Under the pieces are notes generated by a model. That model was not told the DNA's origin and did no database searches. It saw only the letters and a program-made list of their open reading frames with translations. Made by a program: the position numbers and the translations under genes. A stretch of 64,000 bases of DNA from positions 23,352 through 87,351 of the forward strand of contig JBKCVJ010000046.1 of assembly GCA_046317915.1 (NCBI GenBank), in the 5' to 3' direction. The stretch is from Sphingobacteriales bacterium (GTDB lineage Bacteria; Bacteroidota; Bacteroidia; Chitinophagales; Chitinophagaceae). Below are positions 27,338 to 35,457 of the stretch, piece after piece (the first letter of the stretch is position 1; each line of letters opens with the position of its first letter).

Positions 27338-27360
27338 TCCAAATACCATCAATTCTTTTT

Positions 27361-28665
27361 ATGAAAATGAGAAACCTTCTGTTCAACCTGGGAACGCTTC
27401 TGCTGGTGTCAATGCTGGCAGCAAGTTGTGGCAAACTGGGGAAATCCAAATCCAAGGGTTTACCGGATGATGGTCAGCTCCACGGGGTTGCACCGGGTGC
27501 GGCGTCAGACATGACGAAGCCTCCTGGTATGGTTTACGTACCTCAGGGAACCTTTCATATGGGTCCCAGCGATGAAGACGTAAGCTATTCCTTCACCGCC
27601 CGCAATCGTCAGATTTCCATTAATGGATTCTGGATGGATGCAACGGAGATCACCAATAATGAATATCGCCAATTTGTTTGGGCTGTTCGTGATTCTATCG
27701 CTGCCACAATCCTGAATTACAAGAAGCCAGGTGGCGATGGTGTTGAAATCATCGATCAGGCTAAGATGAAAACGATGAAGTGGAATGATCCCAAGATCCT
27801 GGAGCAGCTTAACGCGATGATCGTTACGCCAGACAACCGGGTGAATGGTAAAAAAGAGATCGATGCTGAAAAGCTCGTTTACCACTCTGAGATTTTTGAT
27901 TATAAAGATGCATCACGCCGTGAGAATTCCGGCAAGCCACGTTCACAATTCATCGTCAAGAAAGACGTGAAAGTGTATCCCGATACATTGGTATGGGTTC
28001 GTGACTTCTCTTATTCTTACAATGAGCCGATGTCTAAAAGATATTTCAGCCATCCTGCTTTCGGAAACTATCCTGTAGTAGGTGTGAACTGGAAACAAGC
28101 CATGGCGTTCTGCGAGTGGAGGACCACTTTACTGAATGGCTATCGCGAAAAGAAGAAAAAGAACCTGGAATCTGATTTTCGTCTGCCTACAGAAGCTGAG
28201 TGGGAATATGCCGCACGCGCTGGTCGGTCGCAAGCACCTTATCCCTGGGGTGGTTATTACCTGAGGAATAAGAAAGGATGTCTCCTGGCTAACTTCAAAC
28301 CCGGACGTGGTAACTATCCAGAAGATGGTGGTTTCTATACGGTAAGGGCTGATGGTTACTGGCCTAACGACTTCGGTTTGTACAACATGGCGGGTAACGT
28401 TGCGGAGTGGACTTCTTCCCTGTACTATGAAGGTGCTTACAACTTCCAGCATGACATGAATCCAGATATTCGCTGGAACGCAAAAGACAGTGATCCTCCC
28501 CGTATGAAGCGTAAAGTGATCCGTGGTGGTAGCTGGAAAGACGTAGGTTACTTCCTTCAGACAGGCGCTCGTAACTATGAGTACCAGGATACAGCCAAGT
28601 CTTACATCGGTTTCCGTTGTGTAGTTGATCTTCCTCCAACACCTTCCAAAAAAACAAAAGGTTAA
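27361..28665 (+). CDS. gldK: T9SS/gliding motility lipoprotein GldK (PorK)
   Basis: Lipobox LAASC; FGE-sulfatase-like domain (FRLPTEAEWEYAAR, GLYNMAGNVAEW, RGGSWKD); first gene of a KLMN cluster. Confidence 0.92.
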   Translation: MKMRNLLFNLGTLLLVSMLAASCGKLGKSKSKGLPDDGQLHGVAPGAASDMTKPPGMVYVPQGTFHMGPSDEDVSYSFTARNRQISINGFWMDATEITNNEYRQFVWAVRDSIAATILNYKKPGGDGVEIIDQAKMKTMKWNDPKILEQLNAMIVTPDNRVNGKKEIDAEKLVYHSEIFDYKDASRRENSGKPRSQFIVKKDVKVYPDTLVWVRDFSYSYNEPMSKRYFSHPAFGNYPVVGVNWKQAMAFCEWRTTLLNGYREKKKKNLESDFRLPTEAEWEYAARAGRSQAPYPWGGYYLRNKKGCLLANFKPGRGNYPEDGGFYTVRADGYWPNDFGLYNMAGNVAEWTSSLYYEGAYNFQHDMNPDIRWNAKDSDPPRMKRKVIRGGSWKDVGYFLQTGARNYEYQDTAKSYIGFRCVVDLPPTPSKKTKG

Positions 28666-28786
28666 TTGGAATCGTCCCTCAGATTGAACACTATAAAATA
28701 AAGAACATCATGCTGTGTAAAGCAAGCCTTTGCCCGGCATGATATTCTCCGAATCCTAAAAAATAAAACCACAAAAATTCATCGTT

Positions 28787-29551
28787 ATGGCAGGTACAAA
28801 CAAACAAACAGACAAAATTGTAAACATCATCGTGTGCGTAGGTGCCGCGGTAGTAATCTTTGGTGCATGGGCCAAGATCCTTCACCAGTCTTATGCTGAC
28901 GTCATGCTGACTGTAGGTCTGCTGACAGAGGCTGTAATCTTCCTCGTGTATGCATTCCTCCCGCCTCCCGGCCAGGAAATGGCTAAGCTGGCAGAAGCAC
29001 TTCCTAAAATGTCTGGTTCTGCAGGTAACCCTGCCCTGGCTTCTATGGATAAGATGCTTGCTGAAGCTGAGATCAATCCAGCAAACATGAAGCGTTTGAG
29101 CGACAACTTTTCAAAATTTGGTACTACCGTAGAAAAGATGTCTGATATCGCTGATGTATCACATGCAACGGCTGATTACACACAAAAAACAAAAGAAGCA
29201 ACAGCTGCACTGAGCACCATGAAAGATGCTTACCAGAATGCTGCATCAACCATAGGCCATTTCAACAACGCCGCTGACAGCACCCGTCAGTTCCATGAGC
29301 AGGTTCAGACCCTCACTAAAAACCTGGGTTCACTGAACACGGTCTATGAACTGGAGCTTCAGGATACCAACAATCACCTGAAAGCCATGAACGGTTTCTA
29401 CAGCAATCTCGTAAACGCTTCACAAGCTATGCAGGGAAGTGCTGACGATGCGAAGAAAACACAAGAACAAATCGCATTGCTGGCTAAGAACCTGAGCAAC
29501 CTGAACAATGTTTACGGAAACATGCTGGCTGCCATGCAAGGCCGCAACTAA
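28787..29551 (+). CDS. gldL: T9SS/gliding motor protein GldL (PorL)
   Basis: GAAVVIFGAWAKILH, GLLTEAVIF (conserved TM Glu), C-terminal LNNVYGNMLAAM. Confidence 0.95.
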   Translation: MAGTNKQTDKIVNIIVCVGAAVVIFGAWAKILHQSYADVMLTVGLLTEAVIFLVYAFLPPPGQEMAKLAEALPKMSGSAGNPALASMDKMLAEAEINPANMKRLSDNFSKFGTTVEKMSDIADVSHATADYTQKTKEATAALSTMKDAYQNAASTIGHFNNAADSTRQFHEQVQTLTKNLGSLNTVYELELQDTNNHLKAMNGFYSNLVNASQAMQGSADDAKKTQEQIALLAKNLSNLNNVYGNMLAAMQGRN

Positions 29552-29606
29552 TCGTAGTGTTGAGTTGATTGAAAAAATCTAATCTAAATTTTAAATCCAA
29601 CTAGAA

Positions 29607-31142
29607 ATGGCACTACCTAAAGAACCGCGGCAGAAGATGATCAACATGATGTATCTCGTGTTGACCGCACTCCTGGCGCTCAATGTATCTGCTGAAATCA
29701 TAAACGCGTTCAAGACCGTTGACAATAGTCTGTTACAGTCTAACGCTGTGTTGAACACCTCCTCCGGTTCTGTCTATGAAAGCCTTTCAGAAATGATGAA
29801 GGACCCAAAGACTGCTGAGAAAGCAGGGATCTGGAAACCTAAGGCAGACAAGGCTAAAGAATTGGCAAAGCAGACTTCAGACCTGATCGACAAATACAAA
29901 CTTTCATTGAAAGAAGAAGCCGGCCTGAACAAGGAAAATGGTGACTTCAAAGAAGATAACGTTGATGCGGCCACCCGCCTCTTTGACACCAAGGGTGAGG
30001 GTAAAAACCTTTATGCTGCCCTTGAGAACTTCAAAAAGAATATACTGGCCATCGATCCTGACATTTCTAAGGCACTGGCAGCAAAACTGCCTTTGAACCT
30101 GGACGTCCCCAAATCATCTACGGGCAAGAAGCCTACTGGTGATAAAGTTGCTGACTGGGTATATGGTAATTTCCATATGACACCAACAGTTGCAGCACTT
30201 ACCATGTTAAGCAAATTCCAGAATGACGTTAAGAATACCGAAAATCAGGTTGCTACTTTCTGTGCCAGCCAGGTGGGTGCAGTGAAGATCGTGTACGATA
30301 AATTCGTTCCATTGATCGGTACCAGCTCTACTTACCTGATGCCCGGCGAAGAAATGGAAGTTACTGCAGGTCTCGGTGCCTTCAACGCTTCTGTGAAGCC
30401 TGAGATCACCATTAACGGCGCTCCTGTTTCTGTTGACGAGACTGGTGTAGGTACCAAGAAATTCAGCGTGAGCAGCAGTGGTAAGGTTAATGTTAACGTT
30501 ACTTATGTTGATCCTAATTCTGGTGAAAAGAAAGTAACTACTAAAACCATCGATTACACTGTAGGTACGCCTTCAGGTGTAGCGGTGATGGCTGACAAAA
30601 TGAATGTACTGTACATCGGCGTAGACAACCCGTTGACCATTACTGCAGGCGCAGGTTCTGAAAAAGTATCTGCTTCGATCACTAGCGGTAGCATTAAGAA
30701 AGTGAGTGGAAACAAATACATCGCTTCCCCTAAGGACGCGGGCGAGCACTTCGTAACTGTATTGGTTGAAGGTAAATCAGCCGGTAAAGTAGGCTTCCGT
30801 GTGAAGCAACTTCCTCTGCCAGCTGCATATGTAGGTAACCTGAAACCAGGTCCTGTACCAACAGCTAACTTCAAGGCCATGGGTGGTGTGATCGCTAAAC
30901 TGGAAGATTCTGAGTTTGATGCGCCATATGAAGTAGTAAGCTACACTGTAGGAGCATTGAGTGCTGATATTCCTGATTACGCACCCGTCACCAACAATGG
31001 CAACAGGTGGAACGGTGGTGCTGCTAACCTGATCAACAAACTGAAGCCTGGTGCGTTGGTGGTAATCACTGACATCAAGGTGAAAGGACCTTCCGGAGCA
31101 ATTAGGACATTATCCGGCAGCTTATCCTACAGTTTGAAGTAA
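29607..31142 (+). CDS. gldM: T9SS/gliding motor protein GldM (PorM)
   Basis: MALPKEPRQKMINMMYLVLTALLALNVSAEI; MNVLYIGVDNP. Confidence 0.95.
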   Translation: MALPKEPRQKMINMMYLVLTALLALNVSAEIINAFKTVDNSLLQSNAVLNTSSGSVYESLSEMMKDPKTAEKAGIWKPKADKAKELAKQTSDLIDKYKLSLKEEAGLNKENGDFKEDNVDAATRLFDTKGEGKNLYAALENFKKNILAIDPDISKALAAKLPLNLDVPKSSTGKKPTGDKVADWVYGNFHMTPTVAALTMLSKFQNDVKNTENQVATFCASQVGAVKIVYDKFVPLIGTSSTYLMPGEEMEVTAGLGAFNASVKPEITINGAPVSVDETGVGTKKFSVSSSGKVNVNVTYVDPNSGEKKVTTKTIDYTVGTPSGVAVMADKMNVLYIGVDNPLTITAGAGSEKVSASITSGSIKKVSGNKYIASPKDAGEHFVTVLVEGKSAGKVGFRVKQLPLPAAYVGNLKPGPVPTANFKAMGGVIAKLEDSEFDAPYEVVSYTVGALSADIPDYAPVTNNGNRWNGGAANLINKLKPGALVVITDIKVKGPSGAIRTLSGSLSYSLK

Positions 31143-31207
31143 GATTAACATAACTGACAATAAGTACTGATAGAGAATCGTTTATTTTGTATTGTAAACT
31201 GTAGACC

Positions 31208-32248
31208 ATGAAATTCCAATTGGCAAAATATGTTTTACTAGTGACTGCGTTCGGTCTCGCTACGCAGGTGGTTGATGCGCAAACGCGTAAGAAAACCACC
31301 AGGTCCAAGACCAGCACGTCCAAGAAAACATCGACCAAGAACACTCAATCCAATACGGCCAATGCCAATTTGAATGCAAAGGCTGCCGATACAGTAGTTC
31401 CCGTTGCTAAGCTCGATCCTCTGGCTATTGATACGCCCAAAAAATCCCTCCGCAATGACGCGGCAGTGGAAAGGAACCTCGTGAAAGACAGGACTCCTCT
31501 CGCGCATGAGAACATCCGCGAAGACGATGCCTGGTACCGCGAGCGCGTATGGAGGGAGATCGATATCCGCGAAAAAATGAACCTTCCTTTCCGTTATAAG
31601 GCAGATGAGGATAATGGTAACCAACGTTTCATTATCATTCTGCTGAATGCACTCCGCTCTGGTGAAGTGACGGCCTTCGATCCCACCGTGGACGATCGTT
31701 TCACTACACCGATGACACTGGAGAAGATCGGTGAAATGATCGCTGGAAAATGCGATACCACCCAGATCCCGGATTTCGTAAAAGATCCTAACGGTACCAA
31801 AGGTATTTTCAAAGACACGATGGTATGTGCCGTGTTCAATCCTGATGATATCACTAAATTCAGGATTAAGGAAGAATGGGTATTTGATAAGGAAAGTTCC
31901 AGGATGTATGCACGTATTCTGGGTATTGCCCCGATTAAAACCTATGTTGATCAAAGTACTGGAGCTATACTCGGTGAATCTCCCATATTCTGGGTATACT
32001 ACCCTGATCTCAGGCCTACTCTTGCTAAGTACGAAGTGTACAATGGTAAGAACTTCGGTGCCCGGATGAGCTGGGAAGAGCTTTTCGAAAGCCGCTATTT
32101 CAGCAGCTATATCGTAAAGTCTACCATTGAAAATCCTTACGACATGTACATCAAGCAGTATATTAAGGATGATATCCTGAAGTTGCTGGAAGGTGAGAAC
32201 ATTAAAGAAAGGATCTTCAACTTTGAACAAGACCTGTGGTCATACTAG
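31208..32248 (+). CDS. gldN: T9SS/gliding protein GldN (PorN)
   Basis: RVWREIDIREKMNLPF, IKEEWVFDK, RILGIAP, FNFEQDLWSY. Confidence 0.95.
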   Translation: MKFQLAKYVLLVTAFGLATQVVDAQTRKKTTRSKTSTSKKTSTKNTQSNTANANLNAKAADTVVPVAKLDPLAIDTPKKSLRNDAAVERNLVKDRTPLAHENIREDDAWYRERVWREIDIREKMNLPFRYKADEDNGNQRFIIILLNALRSGEVTAFDPTVDDRFTTPMTLEKIGEMIAGKCDTTQIPDFVKDPNGTKGIFKDTMVCAVFNPDDITKFRIKEEWVFDKESSRMYARILGIAPIKTYVDQSTGAILGESPIFWVYYPDLRPTLAKYEVYNGKNFGARMSWEELFESRYFSSYIVKSTIENPYDMYIKQYIKDDILKLLEGENIKERIFNFEQDLWSY

Positions 32249-32317
32249 ACTAAATAGCATAAAAAAAGCCCCCGCTTCCAGCGGGGGCTTTTTTTATGCT
32301 ATTTAGTCTAGTATGAC
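32239..32317. terminator. Bidirectional intrinsic terminator embedded in a perfect 37-bp inverted repeat
   Basis: Core A7-GCCCCCGC-TTCCA-GCGGGGGC-T7 (32261-32295); perfect complementarity continues outward to 32239/32317. Confidence 0.92.
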
Positions 32318-32354
32318 AATTTGCCAATTAGTCAATGCGGTAATGCGGCAATTG
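32315..32354. repeat. Octamer array x5 (reverse orientation) upstream of the four-helix-bundle gene
   Basis: gacaattt gccaatta gtcaatgc ggtaatgc ggcaattg. Confidence 0.8.
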
Positions 32355-32428
32355 TTCCGCGTATTTTCTGCCTTTTTTCTGTTGCAAATACTGAGCTGAC
32401 GGGTTATACGCCAGGCTAGATTGCAGGG

Positions 32429-32785
32429 ATGGAGAATAATATCATTTTGAATAAGTCAGTTTCATTTTCAGGTGAAGTGATTCGTTTTGCGAGGGAGATA
32501 CCTGTTGATTGTAGAACCATAGCTAGTCAACTAGTAAGATCAGGGACTTCAATTGGTGCGAGTATAGCAGAAGCCCAGGGTGCAGAGAGCACAATAGACT
32601 TTGTGCACAAGTTGAAGATCGCTGATAAGGAAGCCAGAGAAACTGAGTATTGGCTGAACTTACTTAGCAATACAGAAAGAGGAGTGGATCAAACTAAACT
32701 AAGAGAGGATCTAAGAGAAATACAAAGGTTATTAAATGCCATTATTGGTACTTGCAAACGAAAACTAAAAAAGAAAGCAGGTTGA
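32429..32785 (+). CDS. Four helix bundle protein (TIGR02436 / 23S rRNA intervening-sequence protein family)
   Basis: QLVRSGTSIGASIAEAQGAES..DFVHKLKIADKEARETEYWL. Confidence 0.92.
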   Translation: MENNIILNKSVSFSGEVIRFAREIPVDCRTIASQLVRSGTSIGASIAEAQGAESTIDFVHKLKIADKEARETEYWLNLLSNTERGVDQTKLREDLREIQRLLNAIIGTCKRKLKKKAG

Positions 32786-32791
32786 TGTATT

Positions 32792-32827
32792 CATTGCCAC
32801 ATTGTCTAATTTTCTAATTGGCCAATT
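32792..32827. repeat. Octamer array (forward orientation) downstream of the four-helix-bundle gene
   Basis: cattgcca cattgtct aattttct aattggcc aatt. Confidence 0.8.
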
Positions 32828-32867
32828 AAAAAAAATGGGGCTTGGATAGAAATCCTGCCCCGTTTTT
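32828..32867. terminator. Bidirectional intrinsic terminator
   Basis: A8-TGGGGC...GGAT-AGAA-ATCC...GCCCCG-T5. Confidence 0.7.
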
Positions 32868-33004
32868 AAAATCCAATATCCTATGAAAAACCGAAGTAAA
32901 GATACAAACTAGACCAATACAACCATACTCCCCGGGCATATTATTTGTACCATTCGTCCGGAATATCTGGACTTTCATCGAAATGAATCAGGCGTATACC
33001 CGCA

Positions 33005-34822
33005 TTAGGGGCTTTGGGTGGATTTGGCGTCAAAATATGACCTAACCAGTTTGGCTTTTGCCAGGCCGATACTCTCGGTCAAGGTTTCCTCGGAGGCTAC
33101 CATGACGTTTTTTACCGATCTGAATCGTTTAAGCAGTAGATCTGCAGTGGATTTGCCAATGCCTTTGATGTCTTCTAACTCATTCTTAAAAGTGCCTTTG
33201 GCCCTTTTTTGCCGGTGGAAAGTAATGCCAAAACGATGCACCTCGTCCCGGATAAACCGTAGCAAATTCAAGCTGGTGCTGCCGTAAGGCAGTTTAAGCG
33301 ACTCCTGGTCGCCGGCAAAAAATACTTCTTCCACGTTCTTGGCTAACCCTACCAGCGTCATTTGTCCGTTGAGACCCAGTTCCTCAATGCCCTCCAAAGC
33401 GGCACTGAGCTGCCCTTTGCCGCCATCAATGATCACCAGTTGGGGCAAGGGTTGTTGCTCCGTGGTCAGCCGCTGGTAACGGCGCATGACCACCTCTTTC
33501 ATGGTGGCAAAATCATTGATCCCCACTACGGTTTTCACATTGTAATGCCTGTAGTCTTTCTTACTGGGCTTGCCGTTCCGGAAACATACCATCGCACTCA
33601 CCGGATAACTTCCCTGGAAATTTGAGTTGTCGAAACACTCAATATGCTCCGGCAACTCCTGCAGGTTTAGGTCTTCCTGCAGCTGCAAAAGGGTATCGCC
33701 CATATCCTTCTCTTCATCAGACAACATCAGCGCCAGCTGCCGTTTTTCCTCCTTCCGGAAGAACTGAACATTTGTCTCAGACATTTCCAACAGGTTTTTT
33801 TTGTCGCCGGATTTTGGAACGGTAACCACTACATGTTCATCTGGGTATTCTATGGCAAATGGAACAATGATCTCAGGGGCCGTACTTCCAAACACTTCCC
33901 TGAAATGCATCAGTGCCAGCACCAATACTTCATCTTCTGTCTCCTCCATCTGCCGTTTCACTGGGATGGTTTTTGTATCTACGATGGCACCATTGCGCAT
34001 CATCAGGAAGTTCACATAAACATGGTCACCTTCCGTAGCGATGGTGCACACATCGATATCACCCCATTTCGGATTGATGACAATGGATTTGGCCTGGTAT
34101 TGCTGCAGGTGGTCAAGTTTCTTTCGCAGTATTTCTGCTTTTTCAAAACGCATTTCCTGCGCATACTCCTTCATCTCCTGTCTGAAATGCTGGATCACCG
34201 GGTTGAGGTTACCCTTCAGTAAGTTTCGGATCTGCATCAGCCCATCGGCATAATCCTCTTCTGTTTGCAGGCCTTCGCAAGGACCCTTACAATTACCGAG
34301 GTGATACTCCAGGCAGACTTTGTATTTTCCTTTTCTGATGTTTGCCGGTGAAAGATTCAGTTTGCAGGTTCGGAGGGTAATGTTCTGCCGGATGAATTCC
34401 AACAGTTCCCGCACTTTCTTGACGGAAGTGAAGGGACCGAGATATTCTGAGCCATCCTGGATCATCCTGCGCGTAAAAAAAATGCGTGGAAAATGCTCAT
34501 GCTTGATGACCAGGTAGGGATAGGTTTTGTCGTCTTTCAGGTTGATGTTGAACCTTGGCTGAAATTGTTTGATCAATGAGTTCTCCAACAGGAAAGCATC
34601 CTGCTCTGAATGCACGATCGTGAACTCTATATGGTGGATCCGTTGAACAAGTTCATGGGTCTTATAGCTCGTGAAGGTTTTCGTGAAATAAGAAGACACG
34701 CGTTTGCGGATATTCTTCGCCTTACCCACGTAAAGAAGCTCGTTCTTTTCGTCGAAGTATTTATAAATACCCGGCTCAGTAGGCAGGCCGGGTGCTATGC
34801 TGCTGAATATCGTACTCGTCAT
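33005..34822 (-). CDS. uvrC: Excinuclease ABC subunit C
   Basis: GIY-YIG (PGIYKY, LYVGKAKNIRKRV), FNINLKDDKTYP, IECFDNSN, DGGKGQL, RDEVHRFGITFHR, HhH; start moved to MTSTIFSS. Confidence 0.95.
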   Translation of the reverse strand: MTSTIFSSIAPGLPTEPGIYKYFDEKNELLYVGKAKNIRKRVSSYFTKTFTSYKTHELVQRIHHIEFTIVHSEQDAFLLENSLIKQFQPRFNINLKDDKTYPYLVIKHEHFPRIFFTRRMIQDGSEYLGPFTSVKKVRELLEFIRQNITLRTCKLNLSPANIRKGKYKVCLEYHLGNCKGPCEGLQTEEDYADGLMQIRNLLKGNLNPVIQHFRQEMKEYAQEMRFEKAEILRKKLDHLQQYQAKSIVINPKWGDIDVCTIATEGDHVYVNFLMMRNGAIVDTKTIPVKRQMEETEDEVLVLALMHFREVFGSTAPEIIVPFAIEYPDEHVVVTVPKSGDKKNLLEMSETNVQFFRKEEKRQLALMLSDEEKDMGDTLLQLQEDLNLQELPEHIECFDNSNFQGSYPVSAMVCFRNGKPSKKDYRHYNVKTVVGINDFATMKEVVMRRYQRLTTEQQPLPQLVIIDGGKGQLSAALEGIEELGLNGQMTLVGLAKNVEEVFFAGDQESLKLPYGSTSLNLLRFIRDEVHRFGITFHRQKRAKGTFKNELEDIKGIGKSTADLLLKRFRSVKNVMVASEETLTESIGLAKAKLVRSYFDAKSTQSP

Positions 34823-34845
34823 GGTATCCTTGCGTATTGGAAAAC

Positions 34846-35397
34846 TTATTCCATCCCCCACATATATTTCACAGTGCTGTTTGCTTCCTTGCCTTTATGG
34901 CCCGTCATCGTGATCACCTGTAAACTCTTTCCAGCAGTCCAGACCATTCTGGTATTAACGGTGGAATCATTGCGTTGCTCAAGTTTTTCCACGTAGATCG
35001 ACCGAAGTTTGCTGGTTTCCTGGCGGATCAGCACATCAATTTTCCGCACCACCGGTTTGTCGGATTCAGTAGTGTAGCTCATGGTAAGGAAGTCTGAGCT
35101 ATTATCATAAAACACGGTTTCCTTGTAGAAATTTTTTAACTCAGGACTGCCGATATCTGGTGTGATCATTTGTTTGGCCATGGCAGCTAATTCTTCCTTG
35201 CTGGCTGTAGTGGTGTCTGTTTTATCATTAATGGTCGTGTATTTATTTACGCCAAGCGGTAATGAATCCAGCTCCTTAAGATCGGCATTGATGTTTCCTG
35301 CAATGGGAAAAAAGCTGACATCTTTATTGTCATAGGTTTTATCATTCTTGCAGGCAAAAAAACAAATGCAAAGGAATACTGCCAAGGATTTTTTCAT
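34846..35397 (-). CDS. Hypothetical lipoprotein
   Basis: MKKSLAVFLCICFFAC lipobox; no recognised domain. Confidence 0.7.
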   Translation of the reverse strand: MKKSLAVFLCICFFACKNDKTYDNKDVSFFPIAGNINADLKELDSLPLGVNKYTTINDKTDTTTASKEELAAMAKQMITPDIGSPELKNFYKETVFYDNSSDFLTMSYTTESDKPVVRKIDVLIRQETSKLRSIYVEKLEQRNDSTVNTRMVWTAGKSLQVITMTGHKGKEANSTVKYMWGME

Positions 35398-35457
35398 CCG
35401 GTAAAATTACACAAAACAGGGTGGTCAACCCAAGAAGAAGTCGTTAAACTAAGGTTC

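Noticed and set aside
31238-32230. 330-aa minus-strand ORF
   Set aside because: Antisense shadow of gldN. The same applies to the many other long antisense ORFs in the track (e.g. 16043-16819, 41137-41877, 44996-45727).
32429-32785. Four-helix-bundle gene as the Avd of a diversity-generating retroelement
   Set aside because: No reverse transcriptase and no template/variable repeat pair were seen in the window.
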